Shown: piece after piece, positions 12,273 to 25,304 of the stretch | Position numbering within the stretch: position 1 is the first letter of the stretch | Layout of the letters: the number at the start of each line of letters is the position of its first letter | Assembly (NCBI GenBank): GCA_030141605.1 | Contig: JAQGDQ010000142.1 | Location: 248,001-312,000, forward strand | DNA length: 64,000 bases | Reading direction: 5' to 3' | Origin: Tubiluchus corallicola | Lineage: Eukaryota; Animalia; Priapulida | Notes under the pieces: generated by a model | Seen by the model: only the letters and a program-made list of their open reading frames with translations | Told to the model about the DNA's origin: nothing | Database searches by the model: none | Made by a program: the position numbers and the translations under genes

Positions 12273-15200
12273 TCTTTGGTTGCACATTGAGTCTAACGAA
12301 CGTTAACACACGCTAGCGTTCAAATTGCTTTCAAAAAAGTAAGAGAGAAAAATCATGAAAATTTGCGCTTTCAAACTACAACAGGAACGTGGCTCAAATT
12401 GCCCATTTTCCTTCAATGATGAGTTCATATTTAATAATTCGAATTCTGTTTCAGTCTCAAACGCTCTGCCAATGTCTACTACAAATGTAACAAGTGTTCA
12501 ACAGTTTTTTGGGCAACCTACTTATTTCAGGTGTTACTAGTATTATCATATTGAATAATCGAGTTTGATTATTTATAATCATTTTCATAGCTACTGTAAC
12601 TAAGCGGAGATTCGAAAATCTCCAAAAAATGAGCAAAAATATCGACATTAGTTTGGCAAAAACCAAAACTGACAGTATACTCGCCTTTATGCTAGTCGCA
12701 CGCTGTAAAAATCGTCTAAAAGAAAATTGTCCTTCTAAATTGACAAAATTTCCTCCCACACTACAGATTTTGTATGAAGCAATCTGTGTCATCGATAACC
12801 TCAGTAAACAATTATTAGATGGTACGTGAAAAAAATCATTGCTTTGTGTGGGTCTGATCTGATTTTGTCTGACGCAAGTGTAGCACCGAGCCCGCACACA
12901 CGAAAAACTTCGCAAAACAGCATTTATCGAGACCACAGACTTGTAAAAATATGTGTTCAACAATTGTGTCAGGCAAATTCTGCACGTATGCACCATGTAC
13001 AAAACGGAAAAATCTAATTAGTTTCGCCTGTAAAAGATCTCTTATTTATTAATTAACATCAAGATATGTTAATTCACACAATTAATTATTGTATTCAATC
13101 CTTTAATCATTCGGTTATTTTATTTTTATTTTTTGCCAGTAAAGCGAAAACTAATTGTTCAGGCAAATTTAAAAGTGACAAAAATTTAACTGTTATAAAT
13201 CATAATTATTCTTAAATCACTTCATTTGCGTTTTATAAACGAACATAAAAAGCGCAAGCGCAAAAAGAAAGAAATTCTAGAAAATTTAGACACATTTTGC
13301 ACAACTAGTTCGCATTGGCTTCTTTATGGTTACTATCATGTTTTAGTTGGCAATTCACTGCGTCTGAAAGACGGACAAAAGGTGAAGCCAAGTGGTGTTT
13401 AATCAGTAGTTCTGCAGTCAAGGAGGCCATAAAAAGGAATCAAAGGATCTCAGAAACGAATAAAGAATTTCTGGACGACAAGAGGATGATGTTGCAAGCA
13501 TGTTTTATATTTGTTACAAATTGTATTATAGTTGAGCCTTAAAGTTTAGGGTGAGCATTTATGAAGCAAGTTCTCGAAACTCACGGACACATTCATATTC
13601 AAGTTACATCAGACCCTATTAGTGCAAAGCAGTAGTATAAATTGCGTCACAAACATTTATGTCAATTCCCGTCATTGGGTAAAACTTGAGTGACACAACA
13701 GCAAAAAAGAAAGAAAGAGAAGCGTTAGTTTGAGGTTTTGCCTTTTTGTTTACATGGTAGGAGTTTTGTTTAAGAATCGTAAACAACTAAAAGCTTAATC
13801 CAAACAGATTCATAAGTGTCTTTCAATCCGTATGCTGTCGTTACTCCTAGAAGTAAAGTCTCTGGCTCTACAATAAAAGATGCTTACTAAATTCAGCATA
13901 GAAAAGCCACGTTCAGTTTATATTCATTGCAGACTAATAATGCAAGAATGATATTGTACTAGGATATCACAAAATGTAAAGTTCGCGGGAAACAATGTGA
14001 CATTTCTTTAAAGTAAGCCAATATAATTTGTCAAAATGTGGAATCGGAAGCTACAAGAGAGTATAGAAAGCTGACGACGAACGGACGTAATTGAAATACA
14101 ATGTGGGAATTCTACGGATAAAAATTTAGCTTAACCGAGCAAAACAGTCGCCTAAGGCTTTTATTATGGCAAATTTCTACGAATGGACGATCCATTGTCT
14201 GAGCTTAGCACCACAACAAAGCAGCTAACTCCTTATTGGTTACGTAAATTATTATTACGTTCATTAGTTATTTTCTGCAGACATGTCATTAATGTGTACA
14301 AATTGGTTTCGTGTTTTACAACATTTGTACTAGAAGAACAATGATGAAGTTTTGCTTTGAAATAATTGTTATAGAACTTTGAGGTATCTAAAACACTCAA
14401 TGGCTACAGCACAAGAACATTAAGAGCAAACACTTGCTGGTAAAATTGAAATCTCTATATTTTAACTAGAGGCATTTAAAGGTTTCTTAGTTTTAAGCAC
14501 TAAATTCCGGCTATAACGGGCGGGAGATAACAAGATTTTTTACTCAACGCTTATGTTTTATTCAATTTCCCATTCTCTCTGCATAGCTTGTCTCTCCAAG
14601 AGTGCTTGGCACATATTGTATTATAATCTATATTTGCGTGCTAATAAATGACTTATAATAATAATGATAATAAGCATGCCTTCATGGTGTGGCTTGGCTC
14701 AGGCTTCCGCTAAATGATTAATGCTATTCAGTGACTAATCGTCCTAGTTAATACAGGCTTAATTACTTTCCTGTCAAGCTGGCTTAGTATTACTGCGGTG
14801 TCTTGTTAAATAATTGCTGAAATAGCTCACGTGGGTGCTTAAATTTCACATTACTGACATTATCGTTTTTCTTCTGGTCTAGTTGATACGCTTAGACCAA
14901 TTTTAACAGTGCTAATTCTTTTTGTGTATTGTCAAATATTGAGGTCAGAATAGTAGAACGACAACGGCAACAACACCGACAGCAACAGAAAAAGCAACAG
15001 CAGCAGCAGGAGCTCAATATCGGCATTCGGCAACAGCAACAGTAACCACGACAACAACATCCATTTCCTTGCAAGCTTGCGGATATTTCAACACTATATG
15101 TGTTGAAATATTTTCAATGATCAAGCAACTAGAACTTTCTTTTGGAAAAAGGGGGTAAAACAGCGAAATTATGGGTAGACGTTCTGTCCGGGGGCAGGAC

Positions 15201-16705
15201 ATTTGGGCACGAGAAAGTTGGGGCGGAGCCGTTTGGGCGCTGGTTCACTTGGCCCGACCGCGAGACATTTGGGCACCAGCGCCCACGCTCGTGCAGCGCT
15301 AGTTGCCTTACGTCTATATTTCGCTACTTTTCCTGCTTAGTAGATTAAACTTTTATGGGAATCCTCGTTCATTGTCTGATAGTGATTAGCACACATGTAA
15401 CTTTAGAACATTTAACGTTTTTGTAAGAAAAGAAATAATTATTTTCGTGAGTACGCTTACGTAATTAAAACGGAAAAACTATAACTTCCTGTAGCATGCA
15501 GCTGCTAAGTGCATTATTATCATGCATTTCGCAAGAGATACCACAAAAAGCTTACAGTTATTGCTAAACACATCATTTGGCTCTTTAATTGCATAATTTA
15601 GATTCTAGCAGTTCTCGAGTTTGCAGCTAATATAACTACACAACTACAAATAGCAAATACAAAGCAATAATATAAGTACACTATAAATAACTAAACAACA
15701 CATTCTACTCTTCTAAGCACACCAATATAGTATACCGTGATGTATAACACTAGTTAAACTGCAGTACTGGTTGTGCTGACGCTAAATTTGGTGTGAATAG
15801 ATTTCTGTGGGATGCACGTTTCTGTTATTTAGGTATTTTGGTGATACATTAGATATTTTTGAAATAAAATGCTGTCACATTCTACTAAAATGCTAATGTA
15901 AGGCGTCTTCTTCTGCTTCGTTCATTTGAAAAACTACTCATAATACTGAAATTGGAAAACCACCAAGTGCAGGGTCAAATGGCGGGTTTCCATTGTTATA
16001 TGTTACTGGGCGTGTTTAATTTAGTAAAATGATAATTAATAGTTAAACATATTGTGAGAGTTAGGAAATAATAGTGAGTCATATTGAAAAGTTAATATGA
16101 CTCGCTATAATTTGACCCATGTTTGAAACGCGACGCCCTGTACATAAAAAGAGAAGTTAAACTGATCAGGCGGAGTGAAGTTACATAGAGGTTAAAACGT
16201 TTAGAGATCGCCAGACTGATTAACCAGAATGCAACACGAACTCTTTGAGTTTAGTTTCACCGTTCCATTATAAAGAAAGATCAGAAAGTATTATGTACCA
16301 AGAAACGAAACCCAGAAAAGTGATGAGAACAAAGATTGCCATAGAAATTGTCGTACAACATTGATTTTGAGAAAAAAGCAAATGACAAAATTATATTGTT
16401 TTCCATTTTCATAGTTAGTTGTTTCTTAGTTGTTTTCAACAGAATTTTTTATTAGGTAGTAAACTTATTTCGCATATCATAATTACTTCTTGTAAAATTA
16501 TAATCATCATACATCAATACAGCATCCTTTATAATAATCAGAATTCTCGCCATCTACGCAGTCTGTCCATCGGCATATGCGATATCTTTGTTCTTCGTAT
16601 TTTAATATAAACATTCCTGGATTGTCTAGTTTTGCTTTCATTTGACAGAGCTTCCGCTATAGGATGCTAATTTGATCATGAGATGGATATAAATGTGAAC
16701 ACAGT

Positions 16706-17405
16706 CATGGTTGCCGCCAGAGTTTAAAAAATTTGACGCACAAACAGTTAGGGGGTCCTGGGGAGCGCTGTAAGCTCCCTAAACGGGGCCCGGGGCAGAG
16801 CCTCAGCCACCAACGCATTTTCCTGTATTTAAGCACATTTTAGAGACCTCAAACGAGATCTAAATTCTGGTACACAGACTTCCTCAAACGAGAAAAATTC
16901 TGCTTTAAAAAATATATTTTACCTACATTTACCTAGGTAATATTCATTGTTTAACATTCGTAGTAGTCATATATCTTAAAAGCAAGTTCGTAATACACTG
17001 CTGCGGATGACCCATTACTTAAGCTTAATTTATTTAGTGTAAAGATTATCTACCCAGCAAAATGTGGATAGTCAAGCGTAAAACTGATTTGAGACTGTTA
17101 AGTTTACAGCCCACCCACTGTTCATACAAATTTAATAAGTTGTATAATTTTTCCCGCCAGGCACAGCTGAACGGCAGAACGTCTCGGCTACACATGTATT
17201 TTAGTGTATTTTAGACCATTTTGCGGTTGCTAGAAGCTATTTCCTCAGGCAAGTTCACTAGTTTAAAATTCATTATTGCGCAAACAAACAAGAGTTGATG
17301 TGCTTCTTGGTTTACTGCTAAAAATTTTATTTAGCCAAAAAAACTTTAATTTAAAAAATTCTGTGGGCGCAAGTGCGTCAGTGCGTCCGCCTGCCGGCGC
17401 CCATG
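16706..17405. mobile_element. Non-autonomous hAT-family MITE, 700 bp, with 8-bp target site duplication
   Basis: Imperfect TIRs CATGGTTGCCGCCAG ... CTGCCGGCGCCCATG. Identical 8-bp TSD AACACAGT at 16698-16705 and 17406-17413. GC-rich subterminal ggggagcgctgtaagctccc motif. Confidence 0.85.
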
Positions 17406-20400
17406 AACACAGTTAACTTATGAAGAGTTAATTATTAGATAGATGCTTAACAGAAGGCCCTAATATTATGCAGAATTAATAACTGGATATTTACTAATTG
17501 AAACGTTTATATGAAACATGTTAAAATGACCAATGTAAACTAGGAATTCAACTTATCTGGTGGTTTTTACTGATAACTGTGGTCAGCGGCACGGTTGTTG
17601 AAGTTGACAACAGTGATGTCAATTTTAAAATAGTTTGTTTCACTTGACAAACTAGAAAAGTGCTTCCTTTTGACCTTAACAGTTTGGCTTACACTAATTA
17701 CTTGGAAAAGCTTAGCTATTTAAATCCCCAGTCTTTGGCACAATGGCACAATATTTTCTATTTGAAGATGACGTATAAAATCTGTCAACACGCTGTTGAT
17801 TTGAATTTTGCAGTTTTTCCGTTTTGCTCCCTATATAGATCGCCTCAATTTCACATTCTGTTAGACTGAATTGGAACCTTTATTGGGTCATACATTCGAA
17901 AAGGTTTAAGCGGGTGTTTTTCCCACTGTTTATTTGAAGTTTTTTCGAGATTAACATAACAAACGAAGTTGACTCTTCCTTGTAGCATGGCATATTAGAC
18001 GGATCTGTTTCCAGCAAATCGGAATTAAATAGCAGCTACACAAATTTGCTTTATCTTACTACAAAAACATCCTATCGCTTATCTTCAAGTTTAGAAAAAC
18101 CAAAATATAAAAACGTGAAACACGTGACAGACAACTAATGTTACAATTTTCATCAAAGTACTTACTAACTTCGCAAAGCAGTCGCTAACTTGAGGGGCGA
18201 TAAAACACCTTCAACTCATGTGCACTGACTGACTGTAAAAACTGGGCTTCATAATTCTTAAGCCTGAGCAAACGCGTTTTCAGGAAGAACATTGAGCGTG
18301 CGCAGAATGCTACAGGTCTCTTATCTGCTTATCTGGCAAGCAGTGTTGTCAAAATGCTTTAGTCTCTAATACTCAAATTTAAACAGTTTCTCTTAGACTT
18401 ATGTTATTTGTTATTATTGTATTACTGTAGTGAGCACCCGTTTCCAAAATCCGGAAATGTGACGTACGTGTGACGTCACACAGGTATTTAAAGCCGGTCA
18501 CACACCCAATCCGGTGTGTGGGTGGTTGCAGAATTCTCAGTGTTGATGCTTGTACATGCGCCTGTTATACGTTATATGATATTGTTGCCAAAATTGGAAT
18601 CAATGCTATGAATTTACTCGAATTACTACAGTAATAACAGCTGAAGACCAGACAACGTGCCAGACGTGGTGCTACAATAGATTTGTGCTTATACTTTCAC
18701 GTGCTACTACAGAGAAGTTCAGTTGCACATTTAAACGGTCTCTGTCATCCTTATGATTTTTCTTGTCAATAGGTGGTGCCACATATTCTGCTTATTTCCC
18801 CAGCTAAAAGTTTGCTGCGCTTCTGTTAGCATCAGCCGATATTATTATGAAAATTAATAGGTTAGTTTTCCTTTAGTGGGCCCTTTTCCTAACCTTTGTT
18901 CCTTTAGTGGGTCCTTTTCCTAACTAGTGTTTCTTTAGTGGGTGCTTTGACAAGTATTATGACAAATGGGTCTTATGTTGGCATAAAATATTTTGTAAAT
19001 AACAAAATGCTTGGAAACCTTTAATTATGAACAAATGTCGAGTGTTGGCCCAATTTTACCTAATTTAGTGTGGGTTCTCGTCAAATAAGGAGATCCAAAA
19101 TGACGAACGTCGCCGTGGTAATATATCAGGCGGATCAAAACATTTTAGTCTGAATGTCCTGTTTAAAACCAGCATTTTCAACAGCCGTACACGCTCACAC
19201 AGTGTATTATAATCTCAAACAAACAAACAAAAAACAGTTTTGTCGAATTGAAACAGTATGTAACTGTAGCACATCCACATCTACATTTTATAACATATCA
19301 AGGCTTTATACATCTGAATTATTAATAAAGCTTTTCAAAAATATTAATCCTGCTTTGTTTGTTGTATTACTGAGTCTTGAAGGGATTACACATCCCGCAT
19401 AAACTTGAATTAACATAAATGATAAGACGTTAACCTTTTTAGTTTACATTTCTTCTTTCTCATAAGCAGTTCCATGTTGTGATGTTGAATTTAAATGAAT
19501 TCTTATTGTTAGATTCAATGTACAGAGTGATTACAAAATACGTAAAAGTGTTAAATTTTTTTTATATGAACGAACTTGTAATGTATGTCAATGCTACTTT
19601 TCTGAAACATTACCAATTCCTTGTGATAACACATACTTTCAACACAAAACATTTTTTTCTTGCAATATAAATCTAATTGATTGTATACAGGCGTTTAGTA
19701 CTTTTAAAATGTATACAGGCGTTTAGTACTTTTAAAACTTAATCACTGTATAGTAGAGAGTGACCAGATACTGTAGGTCTATAAAGCTACACTATACAGC
19801 TACAGTAGGTCACAGTTTAAGTAACCTTTTGTTGTCTTAATAGGAAGCCAAGTTACTTACCTGTTCTTGGACATGTTCCAGTGAGCAAGCGACGATTAAA
19901 CGCAAGTGACTAGTTTTGCAATTGGATATTGACAGTTCAAATTTAGCAGCGTATATTTTTTATAGGCCTATCGAAATTTATTAGTGAAATAATAAATATC
20001 ACGCGTGTAGAACGAAGTAAAAAAGGTATATAAAGACAGTGCTTAACCATATTAACTTTTGTGAATGGCGATAGGTAATAGTAAGTGACTAATTCGTTGT
20101 TCACTTTGCTAAGACGTTGTGTGATAAGGAGCCTTCGGCTGTACTAAATCATCTTATAAAAAGTGCATTGAAGTATTATTTCAGTACAGTATGATGCGTA
20201 GTTATAATTATAATTACCTAATATTATAATTATAATTTTAATGTAGTTATAATTATAATTACCTAATTATAATTATCAACAACGTTGGTAAAGTAAGGGC
20301 GTTTATGTACTCTGCGGATGCGGATGCGTTTTGAGGGTTGCGGAACAGATAAAATCGGTTTATGTTGTTTTCAATGCACCAGTTTATGCGGCCTGTGTAT

Positions 20401-20641
20401 GTGTTATTCTTTTTCTGCAGCCATTTTGCTACTGATTGCAAAACGCCCTCAGATCCACATCAGCATCCGCTACATAAACGCCGCTTAACACTTGACAAAA
20501 TTAATAATATTGCGTGTAGACAGGAGCAACAAAATGAATCGCTCCTATAAATTCTAATTTCCACTGAATCTTTGTCGAACAAAAATTCGTATTTTTGCAG
20601 CAGTTTATCGTAAGTAGTCCGAGAGGTTCGCACTGGAAAGC

Positions 20642-20887
20642 ATGACGGATACCGCGGACGAGACGGCTCAAGCGACTGTTTCGCCTAAGCAGGGAACAAG
20701 TTTAAAGAAAAAAACAGGAGGGATTCTGAAACGAAGTGTAGTAGCAGGTTTGAGATCAAGACCAGGTAGATTTTTCACGGCTTCACTAGATAAATGTCTG
20801 AATGTGAGCGAAAACTTGCTGGACAAGATGCAGATGCGTAAAGCGAAAAAACCTGGCATTGCGGATGAGCAAGCTACTACAGCTGAG
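20642..20887 (+). CDS. Uncharacterised perilipin/Jabba-like protein with acidic tail, coding exon 1 of 7
   Basis: ATG in aagcATGa context, upstream acceptor tttttgcag at 20600, 82 codons, donor GAG|GTAAGA. Contains SRPGRFFTASLDKCLNVSENLLD. Confidence 0.8.
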
Positions 20888-21115
20888 GTAAGAAGGGCTT
20901 GGATTAAGTGTTGTTAACCGTAGATTTCAATAACGCAAACACATGTTAACATTTATGTTGGAAATTTCTTTTTGTGGGAAATAAGCAATATTGATTGTGA
21001 TAACAACGGCAACTGTTACGGCAATGGCAACGGTTGCAGTAGCAGTAGTGCTTAGCAGTAGCGGTGGCATCGCCAGTAATAGTAGTGCCGTCAATGATAG
21101 CTGCAGTTATTACGT

Positions 21116-21472
21116 CGCGTTAGGCTAGCGAGTTTTCTCGCCAAGCTAATTCGCCACGGAACTCCCAAGCTTGTTCAGACTTGAGAGCAAAGCTTGCTGT
21201 AGAGTGTGCTACTACGCTACGTTTTTGATGCGTGAGCGAACTAAATAGGCCCTAAGAGCGAACTAACACACAAGTCTCTATTCACTGCAAGAAACTCGCC
21301 ATGTAACTCGCGGAGGCGTTCAAACTAGACAGTAGCTCGCGGAAATCAACTCGCAGCAACTGTAGGTAACTTGCAGTAACTTGCCGATAGTAACTCGGAA
21401 TCAGGTTCACACTTGCGACTTTGCTGGCAGAGAGAAAACTCACGAACAAAAACTCACTAGTCTGAACACGCC
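21116..21472. mobile_element. PIF/Harbinger-like MITE in intron 1 of the plus-strand gene; related copy at ~51424-51720
   Basis: Inverted ends cgcgttaggctagcgagtttt / aaactcactagtctgaacacgcc. Internal gttcaaactaga.agta.ct.gc and ggttcaca.ttgcga are shared with the 51.5 kb copy. Confidence 0.6.
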
Positions 21473-21749
21473 GTAACAGAATTGAAATAAAATTGTGCCA
21501 ATTTAAATTTTCCAGCACATTCTAATTTAGTTATTTTTCCCATTGACCCAGTATTTGCTTTTGGAAGAATGAAGCTCACCACTATAAACCGTGTTTATGA
21601 CTCTAGCTTCATCAGGGAGGAAATAAGAAACACCTGAATGTGTGAACGTGAAATGAAATGGAAAGTGGTACTTTTCACCAATCTTTTTTAACAACGACTA
21701 TCTCGGCCAGCAATGTAGACTCTAATTAACTTGATTATTTTTCTTCCAG

Positions 21750-21854
21750 AATCCTAATCCGCAAGTTCAGAATTCAAGCAAATCTGTTTTGCCTGCTGCT
21801 TACTTTGCTATTAACGCAGTTATTATAGTTTTCACTATTCCAGTCAGCACATGG
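21750..21854 (+). CDS. Perilipin/Jabba-like gene, exon 2 (hydrophobic segment)
   Basis: ttttcttccag| 105 nt, phase 0-0, NPNPQVQNSSKSVLPAAYFAINAVIIVFTIPVSTW |GTAAGT. Confidence 0.8.
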
Positions 21855-22426
21855 GTAAGTCATCTTTTTCCTCTTTTTAGTCATTTAATTCCAAATCAGG
21901 AGATTTATTACAGGTCTTGATTGTAGCCAGACTTGAACATTGGGAGCAGGAGGTATAAATTTTACACACAATATGCACACAATAATAATTAGGGGTCGGG
22001 GGAATGATGCTGCATTAAAGCTCTCAAGCGACCAGCGGTTTCTGTAGAGCAGCGCCTCGGAAACTGATACATTTCTTGCATTTTAGACATTTGGGCTTTT
22101 GGCAATCAAAATCAAGCAATTCTTAAAATAAAAAGCAGTATTTTAGATTATACTTGTACATCTAAAACAATAAAACATCATCTATTTTATGTCATTTAGT
22201 TGGTGTGCTTTTTTGGAATTATGGTATTATAAGTGGAGTAGTTTTATGTTAATTAGCATATCTTGCTACGTTTTTTATAGAAAATTTGATAATTTTTAAT
22301 TCCATATAACAAGTAACAAAACGCATAACTGATACTACTGGTATTAAAAACCTGCAAGTAAGGACGTTAGTCTCTTAATTTACACATTTATGCGATTGTA
22401 ATCTATTTATGTTTGAATACATCGTT

Positions 22427-22494
22427 GAATGAATGAATGAATGAATGAATGAATGAATGGATGAATGAATGAATGAATGAATGAATGAATGAAT
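22427..22494. repeat. (GAAT)n microsatellite
   Basis: Direct reading. Confidence 0.95.
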
Positions 22495-22850
22495 TTAGAA
22501 ATGAATTAAGTGTGGTCGCTTTACCTCGCTTTAAATCATCAATAACTTTGTATAAAAAATACTGTGATAATGGATATTGATTAGAGTACCTATAATTTAT
22601 ATTTACTGCGTAAAGAGCTGCCATCTATTGGTGGGAACAGTGTCATTTAGTCTGTGATATTTGATTTTCGAAAAGAGTAATTCGTTTGTTTTTCGTCAAA
22701 GCATCATCTGCTTATACATGCATTGCCAAAAAATTTGGCGAAACCTGGAACTAGTTGGCTATTTTGTCTTTCTACACTAATACTTTTTCCACATTTTCAT
22801 TTTAATTCTAACGTTAATTGACGTATATGTGAATGTACTGTGTTTTTAAG

Positions 22851-22958
22851 GTGGTGTTTCTGAAAGCCCTTCGGAGGAATTTGAAACATTACATTTTCGC
22901 AGGAAAACGTCCACTGCCCGAGGAAACAAACAAAGACAAACAAGCCACCAGGCGCAAG
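22851..22958 (+). CDS. Perilipin/Jabba-like gene, exon 3 (basic)
   Basis: tgtttttaag| 108 nt, phase 0-0, VVFLKALRRNLKHYIFAGKRPLPEETNKDKQATRRK |GTAAAA. Confidence 0.78.
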
Positions 22959-23506
22959 GTAAAAGACTGTTTCGTAGAATTTACCACAATATAATCATCT
23001 TCACCATGTCATTACTGTCATCACTATCATCATCGTCATCGTCATCATCGTCATTGTCATTATCGTTATCATCATCATAGTACCTCAACGCCACAGTAAC
23101 ACTATCATCATGTAATTCAATTGACTTCTTTATTTTAGAATAAAATCATGACTTCATGAACAACAGTTTATTTCTTTTGCTATTCAGTGGAAATCGAGGT
23201 GAATTTCTTACCAGTTTGTTCACTACATGAATTCAACTCGTCTGCACAAAATTTACATGTGATATAATCGACATACAGCGAACAAATATACGCTATTCGT
23301 ATTTTACAGGCATTATATTTCTAGAATTTTATTTGAGAATTTTATTACGAAATATGAGCTGTCAGGAAATGATAAGCAGAAATTCAAATTAAATGTCAAT
23401 TTTACCTCGAAACTTTTATTAGCATTACTTATTGCAGCATATCAGGAAGCCGTTGAACAATAATTGTTGCAGACTACAGGTATTAAATAAAACTTTTGAT
23501 TTTTAG

Positions 23507-23624
23507 CTTACGCCCAAGAAGCACACTAATTTGTCATCCACCTCATCGTTCTGGAATTATCTTCCGTGGAACTATTTCCGTTTAGTCCGAAAACGACACG
23601 TCGCAAGTTTCGCTGTAGTTTTCG
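23507..23624 (+). CDS. Perilipin/Jabba-like gene, exon 4
   Basis: gatttttag| 118 nt, phase 0-1, LTPKKHTNLSSTSSFWNYLPWNYFRLVRKRHVASFAVVF |GTAAGA. Supplies exactly the phase shift exon 5 needs. Confidence 0.75.
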
Positions 23625-23834
23625 GTAAGATTTTTAACTATTTCATTTTACTAAGTAATAATGAGATTCCTTTTTGTTATAAATTTCTTGTGATAAACAT
23701 GATGGTGTGAAATCAAATACACGTAATAGTGACGATTAGAAGTGGAATTGAATTTAGACGCGAATTACGTTTAATGATTAATCTTACGCCACGTGTGACA
23801 TTGTAACAGTGAGAAAAGTGTAAAATAATTTTAG

Positions 23835-23971
23835 ACGATGAAGTGAAAAACTCGACACTTGGAGAAAAAGGAGACGCGAAGAAACGAAAACATGATGAAT
23901 GTGAAGAAGATTCTAGTGAAAGTGAATTTGATATTGATGCTTACGTATCAGACGAAGATCCGGATTATTGC
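23835..23971 (+). CDS. Perilipin/Jabba-like gene, exon 5 (NLS-like KKRK, acidic, DEDPDY)
   Basis: aattttag| 137 nt, phase 1-0, DDEVKNSTLGEKGDAKKRKHDECEEDSSESEFDIDAYVSDEDPDYC |GTAAGT. Confidence 0.8.
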
Positions 23972-24810
23972 GTAAGTGATTTTTTTCGGAATAGTTTCAG
24001 AGTTTAAAGCCGTTAAATGATTAAAATGATTAAATTTAACCACGATTAAATTGTACTCTAATTACTTCGTATGTAATGTGAAAAAGAAAAAAACGTTAAA
24101 TCTGTCAACCACTTGTGGACTCGATTTTTCAGGCTTCGGGTTGTCTAGCTACGTATTTTTTAGGTTCCTGGCGCCGACGAGCGCACTATATTAGTGAATT
24201 CTAGTCTGCTTGTATATATGCTTCATACTCATCCTACCCGTGTTATTACATTTATAATAAAAGGTTTCTCTAAAACCATACTAACTAGTTTTGAGTTGGT
24301 GTTCATGGTTGTTACACAAACGCTTTCAGTGTATTTTAACAAATGGCGAAAAACAGCTTTATATATTTCATAGTTAGCAACGGACTTTTGTGTCGAGGCA
24401 TCAAGACGAAAATGTATTGTAAGAATTAAAGTGCCTCCGCTATGCAACCAGGAAGGGTATCTGTTTCCAAACTATTATTCGATGTGCACCTATACGATTA
24501 CTATCGCCAAACACCAATTCGTATGCAAAACTGCTCAATTTGATAAAAAAAAACTCTTCAAGTCTTGTAGTGTATTCTTTTCAAAACAGTTCTTTTTTCT
24601 TCAAACATTTCTCCACGACAAGTGGCAAATTAATTTAGGTAGATTAAGATGCATGTAGTTCTGGCGGCTTTTTGAAAGCTACTGAATTTAATGCGCCAGA
24701 AACAGCGTTTATTATTAATATTATTAATTATTATTATTATGTACGAGAATGTTAGCAGCGCGTATAATTATTAATGAATAATTGGTGTGCTTATCCGTCT
24801 TTTTAAACAG

Positions 24811-24906
24811 CCTACCGATGACGCGTCTGAGGACAGCTTAGAGTACAAATCAGACAGTAGTTGCAGCGCAGACGAAAATGAAGTTGAAGATCTCGTTGCT
24901 GATAAT
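24811..24906 (+). CDS. Perilipin/Jabba-like gene, exon 6 (acidic)
   Basis: tttttaaacag| 96 nt, phase 0-0, PTDDASEDSLEYKSDSSCSADENEVEDLVADN |GTAAGT. Confidence 0.8.
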
Positions 24907-25070
24907 GTAAGTAGTTTACTCTCAGCCATTCTGCAAAAACCCAAGACTAAATATTTTTGAAAATTTTGAAATTTGAGGTAAATTTTTAGAAATTAACTTG
25001 GAGCTTCGGAATAATTTTAGGCAGAGAAGCTCTCTGAAACAGGTAAAGAGAGATACCGTGTATTTTTTAG

Positions 25071-25304
25071 GCTGCAATTGATGCTAGCCTTAATGCGACT
25101 GGAAATGAAAATACTTGTGAAGAGCATACCCAGAGTGGTTTAACTGAGACGGGTCCTCCAGAAGAGTCAATAGAATCTGACAACCAGAATCCAGGCGTTT
25201 GTTCAAAGGAGGATCAGCGAGAATCTGAAGAAGGAAAAGATCAAAGCAATGAGCAATCCGAATCTGATCATGGGAACATAAACGAACAGCCAGGCAGTGA
25301 TTAA
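25071..25304 (+). CDS. Perilipin/Jabba-like gene, terminal exon 7 (acidic, low complexity)
   Basis: tattttttag| AAIDASLNATGNENTCEEH...HGNINEQPGSD then TAA. Total model 347 aa. Confidence 0.72.
   Translation, partial: AAIDASLNATGNENTCEEHTQSGLTETGPPEESIESDNQNPGVCSKEDQRESEEGKDQSNEQSESDHGNINEQPGSD

Noticed and set aside
12355-13542. Several 60-180 aa ORFs on both strands
   Set aside because: No domain motifs or consistent exon phases; possibly decayed transposon sequence, but unsupported.
14892-15074. Cys-rich ORF resembling a metallothionein or keratin-associated protein
   Set aside because: It derives from a degenerate (CAG/CAA)n tract read on the reverse strand, with a non-ATG start and no splice support.
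18426-18676. Possible solo LTR (TGTAG...CTACA with TATTTAAA and CRE-like TGACGTCA)
   Set aside because: The flanks (attac / atag) give no target-site duplication, so evidence is insufficient.
25021-25042. 22-nt micro-exon (ag|GCAGAG...ACAG|gtaaag)
   Set aside because: It would leave a 28-nt intron and break the frame of the terminal exon.
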